A DNA stretch of 64,000 nucleotides from the IMG/VR virus record IMGVR_UViG_3300047160_036266, positions 64,001-128,000 of that record, one strand, 5' to 3'. The notes under the pieces were generated by a model that was not told the origin of the DNA, ran no database searches, and was given only the letters and a program-made list of their open reading frames with translations. Positions 48,278-57,213 of the stretch are shown in pieces. Made by a program: the position numbers and the translations under genes. Source of the DNA: a virus (Duplodnaviria; Caudoviricetes). Position 1 is the stretch's first letter; the number at the start of each line of letters is the position of its first letter.

Positions 48278-48589
48278 TTAGCCCCCGGCAGCCGCATGGC
48301 CCATGCCACCGAAGCCGCCACGAACGGAGATGGAGGGGGCTTTAGCGCCGCCCCCGGAAGCTATGCCGTGGCCGCTGAACACGGCGGTGCCGCCAGCGTG
48401 AGGGAAAATGACGGTCCCTTCCGTAGACGGTATTGGGACGGCGTGAGGATAAATCAAGTAACCGCCGCCCCTGGCAGGCCGATCTCGTTCGTCCTCAGTC
48501 GGGTGATGGGTGCTGCACCCAGCCAGAATGAGAGACGACGAGATCAGCCACAGGTTGATTTTCTTCGAGAGCCTGCTATTGAACCACAT
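48278..48589 (-). CDS. YgiB-like lipoprotein
   Basis: lipobox LAGC; C-terminal VRGGFGG; upstream of YgiC-like gene. Confidence 0.65.
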   Translation of the reverse strand: MWFNSRLSKKINLWLISSSLILAGCSTHHPTEDERDRPARGGGYLIYPHAVPIPSTEGTVIFPHAGGTAVFSGHGIASGGGAKAPSISVRGGFGGMGHAAAGG

Positions 48590-48826
48590 TTAGCGGACCA
48601 CTTGGCCGACGAGGTACGCGATCCCCAGCAGGATCGACCCGATGACGATGGCCACGGCGATGTTCTTGTGTTCAGACAGTTCGCGCTGGAAGTGGACTTG
48701 TGGAAACAGCCAGTCGAACAGCTTGAACCCCGCCAGCATCAAGCAGATGCCGATGGCTCCGAAGATCAACGAACCGAGGACACCCTCACCGATTTTTTCG
48801 AGGGACAGTTCGGCTAACAGGACCAT
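48590..48826 (-). CDS. DUF350 (YjfL-like) membrane protein
   Basis: two TM helices, FKLFDW, ELSEHKNIAVAIV. Confidence 0.8.
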   Translation of the reverse strand: MVLLAELSLEKIGEGVLGSLIFGAIGICLMLAGFKLFDWLFPQVHFQRELSEHKNIAVAIVIGSILLGIAYLVGQVVR

Positions 48827-48866
48827 TTTTGGCACTCCTTTGTTTTTGGGGCGAGTACGCCGGGAA

Positions 48867-50150
48867 TTATACCGGCTTCCTGTCGGGCTGTAAAGCGATT
48901 CCGGGCGCGAAGCAGCGCAGCATGGGTAGCAGGGCTTCGACCGTCTGGGCGGAAGGTTTCTGCCCCTTATTCTTGTTGTAAAACTCCATGAGGGTCGAGA
49001 CAACCTTGTTGACCTTCCAACTACGCATGTAGTGATGGAGATTGGCGTGCAGGTCGGTGAGGTCGATGTCGTCTTGTCCCGGTTCGGCCAGCCAGCGGCG
49101 CAGTCGGCCCAGGAACCGGCGGATACCCGTAATGGCCTTATCATCCCAATCGCCGCCGTCCTGGTATGGCCCCAGGAACATGAGGTAGAGGCGCAGTTCA
49201 TCCGGGTCGTAGGCGTCCGGGTTGACGGCGTTGCCCTTGCTCTTCCCCATCTTGGCCCCGCCCGCCGTAATCATACCCTGGTGGATCACCTGTTTGAACG
49301 GTTCCTCCTCTTGCACGATCCCCTGGTCGTAGAGGAACATATTGATGAAGCGGGCGTAAATCAGGTGCATACAGGCGTGTTCCGGCCCGCCTACATACAG
49401 GTCCACTTGCTGATATTTCTCCGGGTGCAGGAACGTGTCCGAATCGTTTTCAAGATACCGGAGGAAATAAAAGCTGGAATCCACGAAGGTGTCCAGCGTG
49501 TCGGTTTCGCCCTCGACGGGGATCGGACAGCCCCAGCGGCGCTGGCGGGAAACGCACCAGTCGTGCAGGTTCTCCAGCCAGGCCCGCTGCTGGTTGAGGG
49601 TGCCGATGGGGTAGTCGATCTTGTCCAGGTTGGCGATCAGGCGGTCCTTGTAAGCCGTGGTGCGGAAGAACCACTGGTTGAGCGACCGCTGTTCAATCTT
49701 GGCCTGGCAGCGCTCGCAAAAGCCGCCGCCACACTGCTCTTTGGCCAGTACGGTGTCGCAGGACGGGCAGTAGTTGACGGGACCGAAGGCTTTGTAGGCC
49801 AGGCCGTTCTCGCGCAGCAGGGTAAAGAGCCATTGCGTCCATTTGATGTAGGATGGGTCGCACGTCACCAGTTTTTCCTGGTACACCGTGTTCATGTGTC
49901 GCATCTGGCCCCGGAAGCGTTCGATGTTGGCCCAGGTAACGGTGGCCGGGTCGCCGCCGATGGAACGGGCGTAGTTCTCGGCGGGCAGGCCGAAAGCGTC
50001 GTAGCCAAAGGGCTGGAAGACCTCGATGCCCAGGTAGCGCAGCCACCGGCAGTACGAGTCCACGATGGCGTAGTTGTAGTAGTGCCCCAGGTGCAGGCCG
50101 GCACCGGAGGGATACGGGAACATGACGCAGCAGTAGAATGGCTTGCTCAT
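48867..50150 (-). CDS. leuS: minimal leucyl-tRNA synthetase (427 aa; no CP1, no LS domain, no C-terminal domain)
   Basis: MFPYPSGAGLHLGH, GYDAFGLPAEN, QWFF, DWCVSRQRRWGCPIP, DTLDTFVDSSFYFLRY, YVGGPEHACMHLIYARF, KMGKSKGN. Confidence 0.95.
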   Translation of the reverse strand: MSKPFYCCVMFPYPSGAGLHLGHYYNYAIVDSYCRWLRYLGIEVFQPFGYDAFGLPAENYARSIGGDPATVTWANIERFRGQMRHMNTVYQEKLVTCDPSYIKWTQWLFTLLRENGLAYKAFGPVNYCPSCDTVLAKEQCGGGFCERCQAKIEQRSLNQWFFRTTAYKDRLIANLDKIDYPIGTLNQQRAWLENLHDWCVSRQRRWGCPIPVEGETDTLDTFVDSSFYFLRYLENDSDTFLHPEKYQQVDLYVGGPEHACMHLIYARFINMFLYDQGIVQEEEPFKQVIHQGMITAGGAKMGKSKGNAVNPDAYDPDELRLYLMFLGPYQDGGDWDDKAITGIRRFLGRLRRWLAEPGQDDIDLTDLHANLHHYMRSWKVNKVVSTLMEFYNKNKGQKPSAQTVEALLPMLRCFAPGIALQPDRKPV

Positions 50151-50323
50151 GACCTATGGTACTGTGGGATCGTCGGGTTGTTTAGTACGATTGGGCCACC
50201 ATGTCCGCATGTTGGCTTCTGCCGCCTCCTTGGGATAGCGCAGAAATAGGAAAATAAGAAACTCCCGGCGGACACCTTCCGGGAGTTGGTCGATCTTATC
50301 GAGAATGATCTTTTCGTCTTCGC

Positions 50324-51022
50324 TCATGACTTCTTCGCCCGTTCAAACCGCTTGCTATCACTATTATAAGCGGCAAATAGGCGGAATTCCTTGACCACGT
50401 TGATGTCCCAGAGGACGCCGCTGGCGCAGTCCCAGCCGTAATACCAGTGGGATTCCAACCGCTTCTGGTAGAGGTAGGGGTTAATTTCCACACCGGCGTA
50501 TTGTTCGGCCACGGCGGGCCAGTCAATGTAGTCCATGCGGAGCAGGCCCCGGTGCCGGCGAAAGGGCCGCATGAGTTCGGCCAAGCGCTCGTCCTGTTCC
50601 CAGGGCGGGCCGCAGGAGAATTCTTCCTCGAAGTCTTCAAACTCCTTGAGCGTGGTGATGACTCGCAAGCACTTTGGGTCCAATTCCAGTTCGTAGAAGT
50701 ATTTCTCGCTGCCCCGGAACTCGGCGCACAAACACCAGTCGGCCCAGGAGCCGTTTATTCCCCACCAGAAGCCGGTTGGGGTCGGTTCGCGCTTTTCAAC
50801 CGAGAAGATGGCGGGCTTGTAGTCGTGCTGGTCAGGCGGATATTCCACCTGGAGGCGGTTGATTTTCTTCTTTGACAGGTGCAGACGGTGCTTCCCCCGC
50901 AGGCGGTCGATGAACGTCCGCATCGCCTCGTTGATTGGACTCTCTCGGTGGCGACGTTGGTGGGCCTTCATTTTCTTGATGCTGGCTTCCATGTCCGGCG
51001 TCAAGTTGGGGTTTGGCTTCAT
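50324..51022 (-). CDS. hypothetical protein
   Basis: GAGGAG RBS; long ORF. Confidence 0.65.
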   Translation of the reverse strand: MKPNPNLTPDMEASIKKMKAHQRRHRESPINEAMRTFIDRLRGKHRLHLSKKKINRLQVEYPPDQHDYKPAIFSVEKREPTPTGFWWGINGSWADWCLCAEFRGSEKYFYELELDPKCLRVITTLKEFEDFEEEFSCGPPWEQDERLAELMRPFRRHRGLLRMDYIDWPAVAEQYAGVEINPYLYQKRLESHWYYGWDCASGVLWDINVVKEFRLFAAYNSDSKRFERAKKS

Positions 51023-51741
51023 CGGTTCTCCTCACCGGCTCTATGAGGCAATAATACCTGCGAACCATCTCTGTTATATTTACCTTGAGGATGGGGTTTC
51101 CGTTGGCCTCCTGCCACGGTCGCACCAGGATTGTCAACTCCTCTAAGGAACGGGCAGTACCAATCAGCCGACCGTCGAGGGTCTTGGCCTGGTAGATGCC
51201 CATGTCTTGACGCCACTCGATTTGATCCACGTCAACTCCAAGTTTACAGGCTGGCTTCACGCCACTTACTCCTTCCGGCCTCTTGGCGGTCTGCCTGGGA
51301 CTCCTTTCTCCAGCACAGGGTCCGGCTACCGTTCCTGCCTACTCTCTCGCACCCCCGGTCACGCCTGGCCTTTTCATGCGGTTCCAGGTCCGCCTGAGCG
51401 ACCCCCTTAGTATACTTCTAGGGGCGTGTTGGGCAGCGTATGGGCAAAAAACATGGCTGGTCCCAACGACCTTATAAGATATTCCGCCAACCATAAGGGT
51501 GCCAGCGTCGTAGGCCCGCTGGGAGTTGACCGGAGGAGTAGTGGCGGGTTTGTCCCGCAGTCCCTAGTTTCCACTTTACCACCCTGGGACTTTCCACGCA
51601 CTCAGTTTGAGACTGAGGCTGGGCTACCAGTGTCGCATCGGCAGGTATCAGCACTAAGCATGGAAACCGGGCTTAGTTTTGCCTGCTGCATTTTCTGGCC
51701 ACGTCTTCACCGTGGGGCACCGCTCCAAGCTTCCGGTTGAT

Positions 51742-51978
51742 TCATTTGCGCCAGGACTTCCAAAATCCGTCGTCCCAATAGGGTTGAAAGCTGGGGCAAC
51801 CGCAGAACGACGTATAATGTGATCCACAGCTTGCGCAATTATACTCGACCCCGCCGGAAAAGTCACCCGTCTTTTGCCACGGGTGGCCCCGCCAGCGGCA
51901 GAGCAATTTTCTTAGCGCCTTCACGGCCTTTTCCCGGAGTCGGGTCAGCAACGTGACCATAACACGCTCTCCCTTCAT
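51742..51978 (-). CDS. hypothetical protein with Zn-ribbon
   Basis: C..RGH.W...CASC. Confidence 0.45.
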   Translation of the reverse strand: MKGERVMVTLLTRLREKAVKALRKLLCRWRGHPWQKTGDFSGGVEYNCASCGSHYTSFCGCPSFQPYWDDGFWKSWRK

Positions 51979-52291
51979 GTCCTTCGGGGAGGTATTCGGT
52001 GATGGGCAGACCTTCGGGCGTAACGAACAGCAGGCAGTGGCAGTATTTCCAATTTTTCATTTCATCGCAAGCGCAGTTCCACTCCCGGCTGCGTTCGACC
52101 TGGGCCTTTTTCCCTTCCGGGTAGAAGTTACAAGGACACAAGGGCCGACCCACTTCATCCAAGTTGAGGGCCAGCCCTTGTATGACAGACTCAGTGACTT
52201 CGGGGTTCGGGTGTTTGGTGGTCCCGGTCTTCTCCCAATAAGTCTGGACGTACCTCTCGATCTTCCGCTTGGTTTCCGGCTTCGGTTCCAT
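51863..52291 (-). CDS. ferredoxin-thioredoxin reductase catalytic subunit
   Basis: GRPLCPC, CAC, YCHCLLF 4Fe-4S/disulfide motifs. Confidence 0.88.
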   Translation of the reverse strand: MEPKPETKRKIERYVQTYWEKTGTTKHPNPEVTESVIQGLALNLDEVGRPLCPCNFYPEGKKAQVERSREWNCACDEMKNWKYCHCLLFVTPEGLPITEYLPEGHEGRACYGHVADPTPGKGREGAKKIALPLAGPPVAKDG

Positions 52292-52292
52292 C

Positions 52293-52673
52293 TTATTTTT
52301 TGATCTCCTCAATGAAGTCAATCGCCATGCGCACCTTGGCCGCTCCGATCCGCTCGATCAGGTCCAGCGTGTCCTTGAGGCAAATCAGGGAGGAGGCCGT
52401 GTGGGGCTGCTTGAGATAGTCCGCCACCTTCTGCACGTCCTGCATGGTCAGTTCCAGCTTGTCGTTCTCCCGGACGCCGACCGGCAGGCCCATCCTGCGG
52501 CGAAGAGCGGCCCGCTCGGTCCAGAACATGGACGCTTCGCAGCCATTGGTGATGCCGTAGCGCCCGAAATAGGTGTCCACCTGCTGCCGAGTCGCCTCCG
52601 GCCCCAGCTTTTCAAGGGCCTCCTGGGCGATCTGCTGCCTCGTCTTGCCTTTGTACAGTTGCGGCTTGCCCAT
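52293..52673 (-). CDS. hypothetical protein
   Basis: GGAG RBS; co-directional. Confidence 0.6.
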   Translation of the reverse strand: MGKPQLYKGKTRQQIAQEALEKLGPEATRQQVDTYFGRYGITNGCEASMFWTERAALRRRMGLPVGVRENDKLELTMQDVQKVADYLKQPHTASSLICLKDTLDLIERIGAAKVRMAIDFIEEIKK

Positions 52674-53442
52674 CTGAAATCTCCTTCGGGTGTGTGGTGA
52701 GGATTCTGCAACCTTTGTCAGTCACGAGAACCGTATGCTCGTACTGTGCGCTTAAAGCCCCATCCTGGGTGCGGGCCGTCCATTGGTCAACTTCGTCAAT
52801 CACGGCTTCGGCCACGCCGAGATTTATCATTGGCTCGATGGTGAATATCATGCCTGGGCGCAGGCGTGGTCCCTCGCCCCTGACCGTGTTGTTATACGTC
52901 ACCTGTGGCTCTTCATGAAACTGAATGCCAACGCCATGCCCGCAGAACTGGTGGACCACGCTACAACCCTGCGACCGGGCGTACTTGTTAATTTCAAAAC
53001 CGATGTTGCCAAGCCTTTGGCCCGGCCACACGTTGGCAATGCCGATGTTCATGCACTTGTGGGCGACCGCCATGATTTTCTTGGCGTCATCCGAGACTTC
53101 ACCCACGGCAAACATATAGCTAGTGTCGCCGTAGTAGCCGCCGAGGATTGTGGTCACGTCGATGTTGACAATATCGCCGCCTTTGAGAATCTGCCCGCCA
53201 GGAATGCCGTGGCAAATGACCTCGTTGACGGAGATGCAAGTGGCCCTGGGGAAGCCGCAATAACCCTTGGGGGCTGGAAGGGCGGCGTGGTCGTAGATGA
53301 ATTTTTCAATTTGCAAATCCAGTTCGGAAGTCGTCACGCCGGCCCTTACGAATGGACGGATATATTCCAGGCATTCGCCGGCCAGCTTGCAACTCTGCTC
53401 AATGCCGACCACCTGCCGGGGAGTTTTGATAATGATGCCCAT
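52612..53442 (-). CDS. map: methionine aminopeptidase (type I)
   Basis: CISVNEVICHGIP, DIVNIDVT, GDTS, CGHGVG, HEEP, FTIEPM, SAQYEHT. Confidence 0.96.
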   Translation of the reverse strand: MGIIIKTPRQVVGIEQSCKLAGECLEYIRPFVRAGVTTSELDLQIEKFIYDHAALPAPKGYCGFPRATCISVNEVICHGIPGGQILKGGDIVNIDVTTILGGYYGDTSYMFAVGEVSDDAKKIMAVAHKCMNIGIANVWPGQRLGNIGFEINKYARSQGCSVVHQFCGHGVGIQFHEEPQVTYNNTVRGEGPRLRPGMIFTIEPMINLGVAEAVIDEVDQWTARTQDGALSAQYEHTVLVTDKGCRILTTHPKEISDGQAATVQRQDEAADRPGGP

Positions 53443-53527
53443 GCTTGTATTATAATGCACCAGCATCTCAAGCCCACGGTAGCGTTTGAAAAAGCCCGGC
53501 GGGAGGGTCGGCCCGCCGGGCTACGGG

Positions 53528-53806
53528 TCATGCGATCTGGATTTGCGTCTTCTGGTGCTGGGTGTCGAGGATGGTGATGCGACACTTGTTCGTGATGAGC
53601 AGGTCGAGCTTGTTCAATCTCTCCCGCACGTCCTGGCCGGTCGGACACAAGGGATGATAGAAGACTTCATCATCCGTTGTCATCCAGCCGTCATCCTTCA
53701 GTTTGTCGATCACCTTCTGGAACTTTTTGAGCGTTTTGGCGACGGTCTTCTTGGCTTCAGGCTCCACCTGAACACCGGGCAGGTCTTTCCTTTCCTCTTC
53801 AGCCAT
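53528..53806 (-). CDS. hypothetical protein
   Basis: co-directional ORF. Confidence 0.55.
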   Translation of the reverse strand: MAEEERKDLPGVQVEPEAKKTVAKTLKKFQKVIDKLKDDGWMTTDDEVFYHPLCPTGQDVRERLNKLDLLITNKCRITILDTQHQKTQIQIA

Positions 53807-53957
53807 CAGTAGCCCTCTCTCACAAAGACTCGGTTATTGCCCAGCCTCCTTCCCTGTCTTTTTCAGATGCTACTGAAGAAACTTGTGGTTGTAAAGCACA
53901 CAAATGGAGGCGGCGCGACTTGCACGCGCAAGCAACTCCAGCCTTTCGGTTTAGGAA

Positions 53958-54395
53958 TTACTCAGCCTTCTCGCCCCCCGTCCTTTTCGCTTCCCAGAGC
54001 CTCCGTGTCTCCTCCCGGCACGCCTTGCAGTGGGTCTTGATCCAGTTGGTTGGCGTGGGCAGGGGTTCGGCTTCCTCTGTGCTGCCGCATCGTTCGCACA
54101 CCTTCGCAGAGTCCTCCTCTGCCTTGTGGATCAGGTCGTAGATGGACTGGTTTCCACCACTACCGTATATACGCAGCGTCCCGAACTTCTCCTTGATCTG
54201 GAGGAACTTGAAGTCCACGCTGCTGTCCTTGGCCGACTCCTCTCGGATTTTGTCGCACAGCAAGAACAGGATCGGGAACCAGCCCTTCTCGACGCAAACG
54301 CCGAAAGCCATACAGGTTACGCGAGGATCACCGCCGTGGTCCCGGAAGAAGGTCGGGAACTCTTCCACCAGTTTCTTTTCCCATTCTTCGGTCAT
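53958..54395 (-). CDS. hypothetical protein
   Basis: QIKEKFGTLRIY and CERCG, a pattern common in phage hypotheticals. Confidence 0.65.
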   Translation of the reverse strand: MTEEWEKKLVEEFPTFFRDHGGDPRVTCMAFGVCVEKGWFPILFLLCDKIREESAKDSSVDFKFLQIKEKFGTLRIYGSGGNQSIYDLIHKAEEDSAKVCERCGSTEEAEPLPTPTNWIKTHCKACREETRRLWEAKRTGGEKAE

Positions 54396-54405
54396 GCTGT
54401 TCTCC

Positions 54406-55179
54406 TTATCGACAGGCGAAGAGGCGGGCAGGCTGAAGTTTCACTTTTTGGCCGTTGCCGTACCTCCGCACCTTCCCTTTCTCACAAATTACCATCTGTC
54501 CCCTGCCCATGACTTGGACGGTGTTATCTATTATGATGATCGCCGTTGCCTCGTCAATGCCTATCCCCATAAGGTTGGGGTGCTTACTCAAAAGGTTGAG
54601 CAAGCGGTTAAGACGTTTTCGGTTGGTGAAATGCTGGTCCACAATGGGGTCCACGAGGCCCAGACCCACTGCTTCGGTATCTTCGTACACCATCACCTTG
54701 CTGACGATGGAAGCGCCGGCGGACGTGCCTCCGATCACCCCGCCCCGACGATACAGGTTCTTTAATTCCTCCTCAACCCTGGTGCCGCCGTAGCGTTCGG
54801 CAAGGATCGCCTGGTCGCCGCCGGAAAACCAAACGCCGGTGGCTTTTTGCAAAACACCGGCGAGTTTATTCGATTGGAGGCGGTTGGGAGCGTGGAGTAC
54901 CTGGATCGAGGCCACCTTCTCCGTGGCCCAATAACGCAGGATCGTTCGTTCTATATTCGGTTCCCGACAGGCGGTGGGGATTAAGACGATCCGTGCCTGT
55001 TCACCGCCTGCCAGCACGATGAACTGCTGTCTTATTTCTGGTAAGGTTGTCCCACCACCGACCAGGACGAAGGAACCGTAATGGACGGGCGAGGATTCAA
55101 TATGGGGTGCCTGCAATTGACAAGGGATGCAGGCAAAAAGGGCGAAGCAGAGGAGCAAGAAAATGCAGTAGCGTAACAT
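54406..55179 (-). CDS. cyanophycinase-like peptidase (S51), signal-peptide bearing
   Basis: LVGGG, VLIPTA, GVWFSGGDQ, GGTSAGA nucleophile, IVDQHF, GIDEATA. Confidence 0.88.
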   Translation of the reverse strand: MLRYCIFLLLCFALFACIPCQLQAPHIESSPVHYGSFVLVGGGTTLPEIRQQFIVLAGGEQARIVLIPTACREPNIERTILRYWATEKVASIQVLHAPNRLQSNKLAGVLQKATGVWFSGGDQAILAERYGGTRVEEELKNLYRRGGVIGGTSAGASIVSKVMVYEDTEAVGLGLVDPIVDQHFTNRKRLNRLLNLLSKHPNLMGIGIDEATAIIIIDNTVQVMGRGQMVICEKGKVRRYGNGQKVKLQPARLFACR

Positions 55180-55218
55180 ACTTCCGTGTAATTAGTTGTA
55201 CATATCCATATTTCAGCG

Positions 55219-55590
55219 TTATTTCTTCGGAATTTGCCCTCGATGAGTTTGGTGAAAGAGCTTCACGGCAGCCGTGGCGGCTTCCCGCTTACTCATCCCC
55301 GGAGGGTCTTCTTCCGTCCCGCCATGACAGTGACAGCGTTTCATCTGGTGCCCCACGGAACCGACCACGCTGCGAACGAAGCAGTCGATGTGCCAGGGGT
55401 GACTTTCGAGCCGGGGCAGCTTCTTGAGAAAGTCCTCGATATTGAAGCCGAACAGGCCGTCGATCATGACCCCCTGATCGCCCTCCGCAATCGGCTCGTC
55501 GCAATGGGCGCAGAGGACACCCACCGGCGTGTCCACATGCTCGCCCTGACAAACAGATGCGCCCCAACTCTCGCCAAACCACTTGGTCAT
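55219..55590 (-). CDS. hypothetical protein
   Basis: CAHCDEPI...WHIDC. Confidence 0.55.
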   Translation of the reverse strand: MTKWFGESWGASVCQGEHVDTPVGVLCAHCDEPIAEGDQGVMIDGLFGFNIEDFLKKLPRLESHPWHIDCFVRSVVGSVGHQMKRCHCHGGTEEDPPGMSKREAATAAVKLFHQTHRGQIPKK

Positions 55591-55750
55591 TGGCTCCTCC
55601 AGGCCAGGTAAAGGTTGACCGCCAGCCATATTAACAGGCCCAGGACGAAGGAGCCAAACAGGAGGTTCCCTGTCTTGATGTACCCTTTATTATGGAGCCG
55701 GGCGGTGGCATAACCAACGCCCAGCCCCAGGATCAGGAAAATGGTGCCGG

Positions 55751-56101
55751 TCATATCGCCTCGCGCCGTCCGTATTTGGTGAAGTTGCCTCGTGTGTAGC
55801 CGCAGCCATGCAAGGCGTACTCGATCACCAGCCGCAGCGACTTCCAGTATTCCAGCGGGAACGCCCCGCCGTAACGGTGGTTCAGCCGGGCGATGCGATT
55901 CTTGCCCTCGCCCTCGACCAGCAGGAACCAGTCGTTGCCACCCAAGTCCCAGGAGTCGCTGCCGCCGCCTTTCTGATAGGGAATGCCTTCCGACTTCAGG
56001 CCCCAGACGAGCATGGACAGCCGCTCGGCCAACTCCTTCTCGTCCCAGGTGCCGATTTCAAAATGAATCTCGCCAACGCTGTCGTCGTCAAGCGTCAACA
56101 T
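55751..56101 (-). CDS. hypothetical protein
   Basis: co-directional ORF. Confidence 0.55.
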   Translation of the reverse strand: MLTLDDDSVGEIHFEIGTWDEKELAERLSMLVWGLKSEGIPYQKGGGSDSWDLGGNDWFLLVEGEGKNRIARLNHRYGGAFPLEYWKSLRLVIEYALHGCGYTRGNFTKYGRREAI

Positions 56102-56537
56102 GGATGAACTCCTTGAGGATGCGGATTCCGTTCCATGTCTGTTCCTGTTCTTTCCGTTTGGACTCTTCGATCTGTTCGGCTGTCACCCAGGGGGCGTAAC
56201 AGGCGATGTAGAAGGTCCGGGGCCACTTGGTCTGGTCGTCACCGGGGTGGTTGGCGAGCATCCTTTTTATTTCCGCCATCAGGTCGGGCGGACACAAGCG
56301 GATGAACTCCTCCATCTCATCCCGAATGGCGAGCCGGCAGACGTAGTTCCCAAACTCAGTCTTGGTAATGTCGCCCCGGTTGTAAACATCGACAGCGTGG
56401 ATCATGTGCGGTTTGGCACGCTTCGGACGGGACGCTTCCAGGTCTTTCCACCACTGGATTTGCTCCTCCCGGCTCAGCGCGTCCCACTCCTCTGGCGAAA
56501 TCTCATTGGGACGCCAGATCAGTCGTTCCTTGGTCAT
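56088..56537 (-). CDS. hypothetical protein
   Basis: GGAG RBS before ATG 56537. Confidence 0.55.
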   Translation of the reverse strand: MTKERLIWRPNEISPEEWDALSREEQIQWWKDLEASRPKRAKPHMIHAVDVYNRGDITKTEFGNYVCRLAIRDEMEEFIRLCPPDLMAEIKRMLANHPGDDQTKWPRTFYIACYAPWVTAEQIEESKRKEQEQTWNGIRILKEFIHVDA

Positions 56538-57213
56538 CGCAGCACTCCTTGGAGAGTTTGCCAGAGCCGCAAAGGCATTGCTCGTCTGGTTTTGCGTCGT
56601 TCCAGGCGTCCTCGTCCCAATCCGCCACGTCGATCTGGTGCCGTTCGGTCGGCCCGATCCACAGGTGGACGCCTTTCTTGCCGTCGTTGACGTGCATCCA
56701 CATTGTACACGCATCCATCCGCTCCATGTGGAGAATGCACTTGCCCTGGAATTTGAAAAACAGTTCATCGAAGATGCCGTCGTCGCCGGCCCAGCCCTCG
56801 CAGATGGTCCACGGGCCGCAGAGGTAATCGTGGTCGCCGTCCTTCTCCAACTTCGCTTTGCGGGCCTGCATGATCTCGGCGTAGGTGAACTTGGCGTCTA
56901 CCATCGCCTGTTCTTCTTGGGTCCATTCCTCTTCGATGTCCCAAACGACGCCGGAGGGAGTGACATCGAGGGGGCGGAAGTGAATGACAAGGCGGCGCAG
57001 GGTTCCCGGCTCGTAGAGCGCCATCCAGATAACGTGGTCATCCAGGCGTTCCAGGTGGATGAGGCATTCGTCGTTCTTGCACAGGACCACTTCATCCAGG
57101 TCTTCGTCGTCCTGCGGCTCAAAGCGCAGTTCAATCTCCCCGATCCACTCCTGGCGGTAGCGGTGGGTGCGGCCTCCGACTTGGTATTCGTGGTAGTGGT
57201 AGTTGGTATTCAC
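56503..57213 (-). CDS. hypothetical protein with SEC-C-like C-terminus
   Basis: CLCGSGKLSKECC. Confidence 0.6.
   Translation of the reverse strand: MNTNYHYHEYQVGGRTHRYRQEWIGEIELRFEPQDDEDLDEVVLCKNDECLIHLERLDDHVIWMALYEPGTLRRLVIHFRPLDVTPSGVVWDIEEEWTQEEQAMVDAKFTYAEIMQARKAKLEKDGDHDYLCGPWTICEGWAGDDGIFDELFFKFQGKCILHMERMDACTMWMHVNDGKKGVHLWIGPTERHQIDVADWDEDAWNDAKPDEQCLCGSGKLSKECCDDQGTTDLASQ

Noticed and set aside
51654-51700. tmRNA tag-like reading frame (AGKTKPGFHA-stop) and GGGGGUC start at 51406
   Set aside because: No adjacent T-arm/CCA end or pk1 in the right order, and the tag lacks the usual ALAA end
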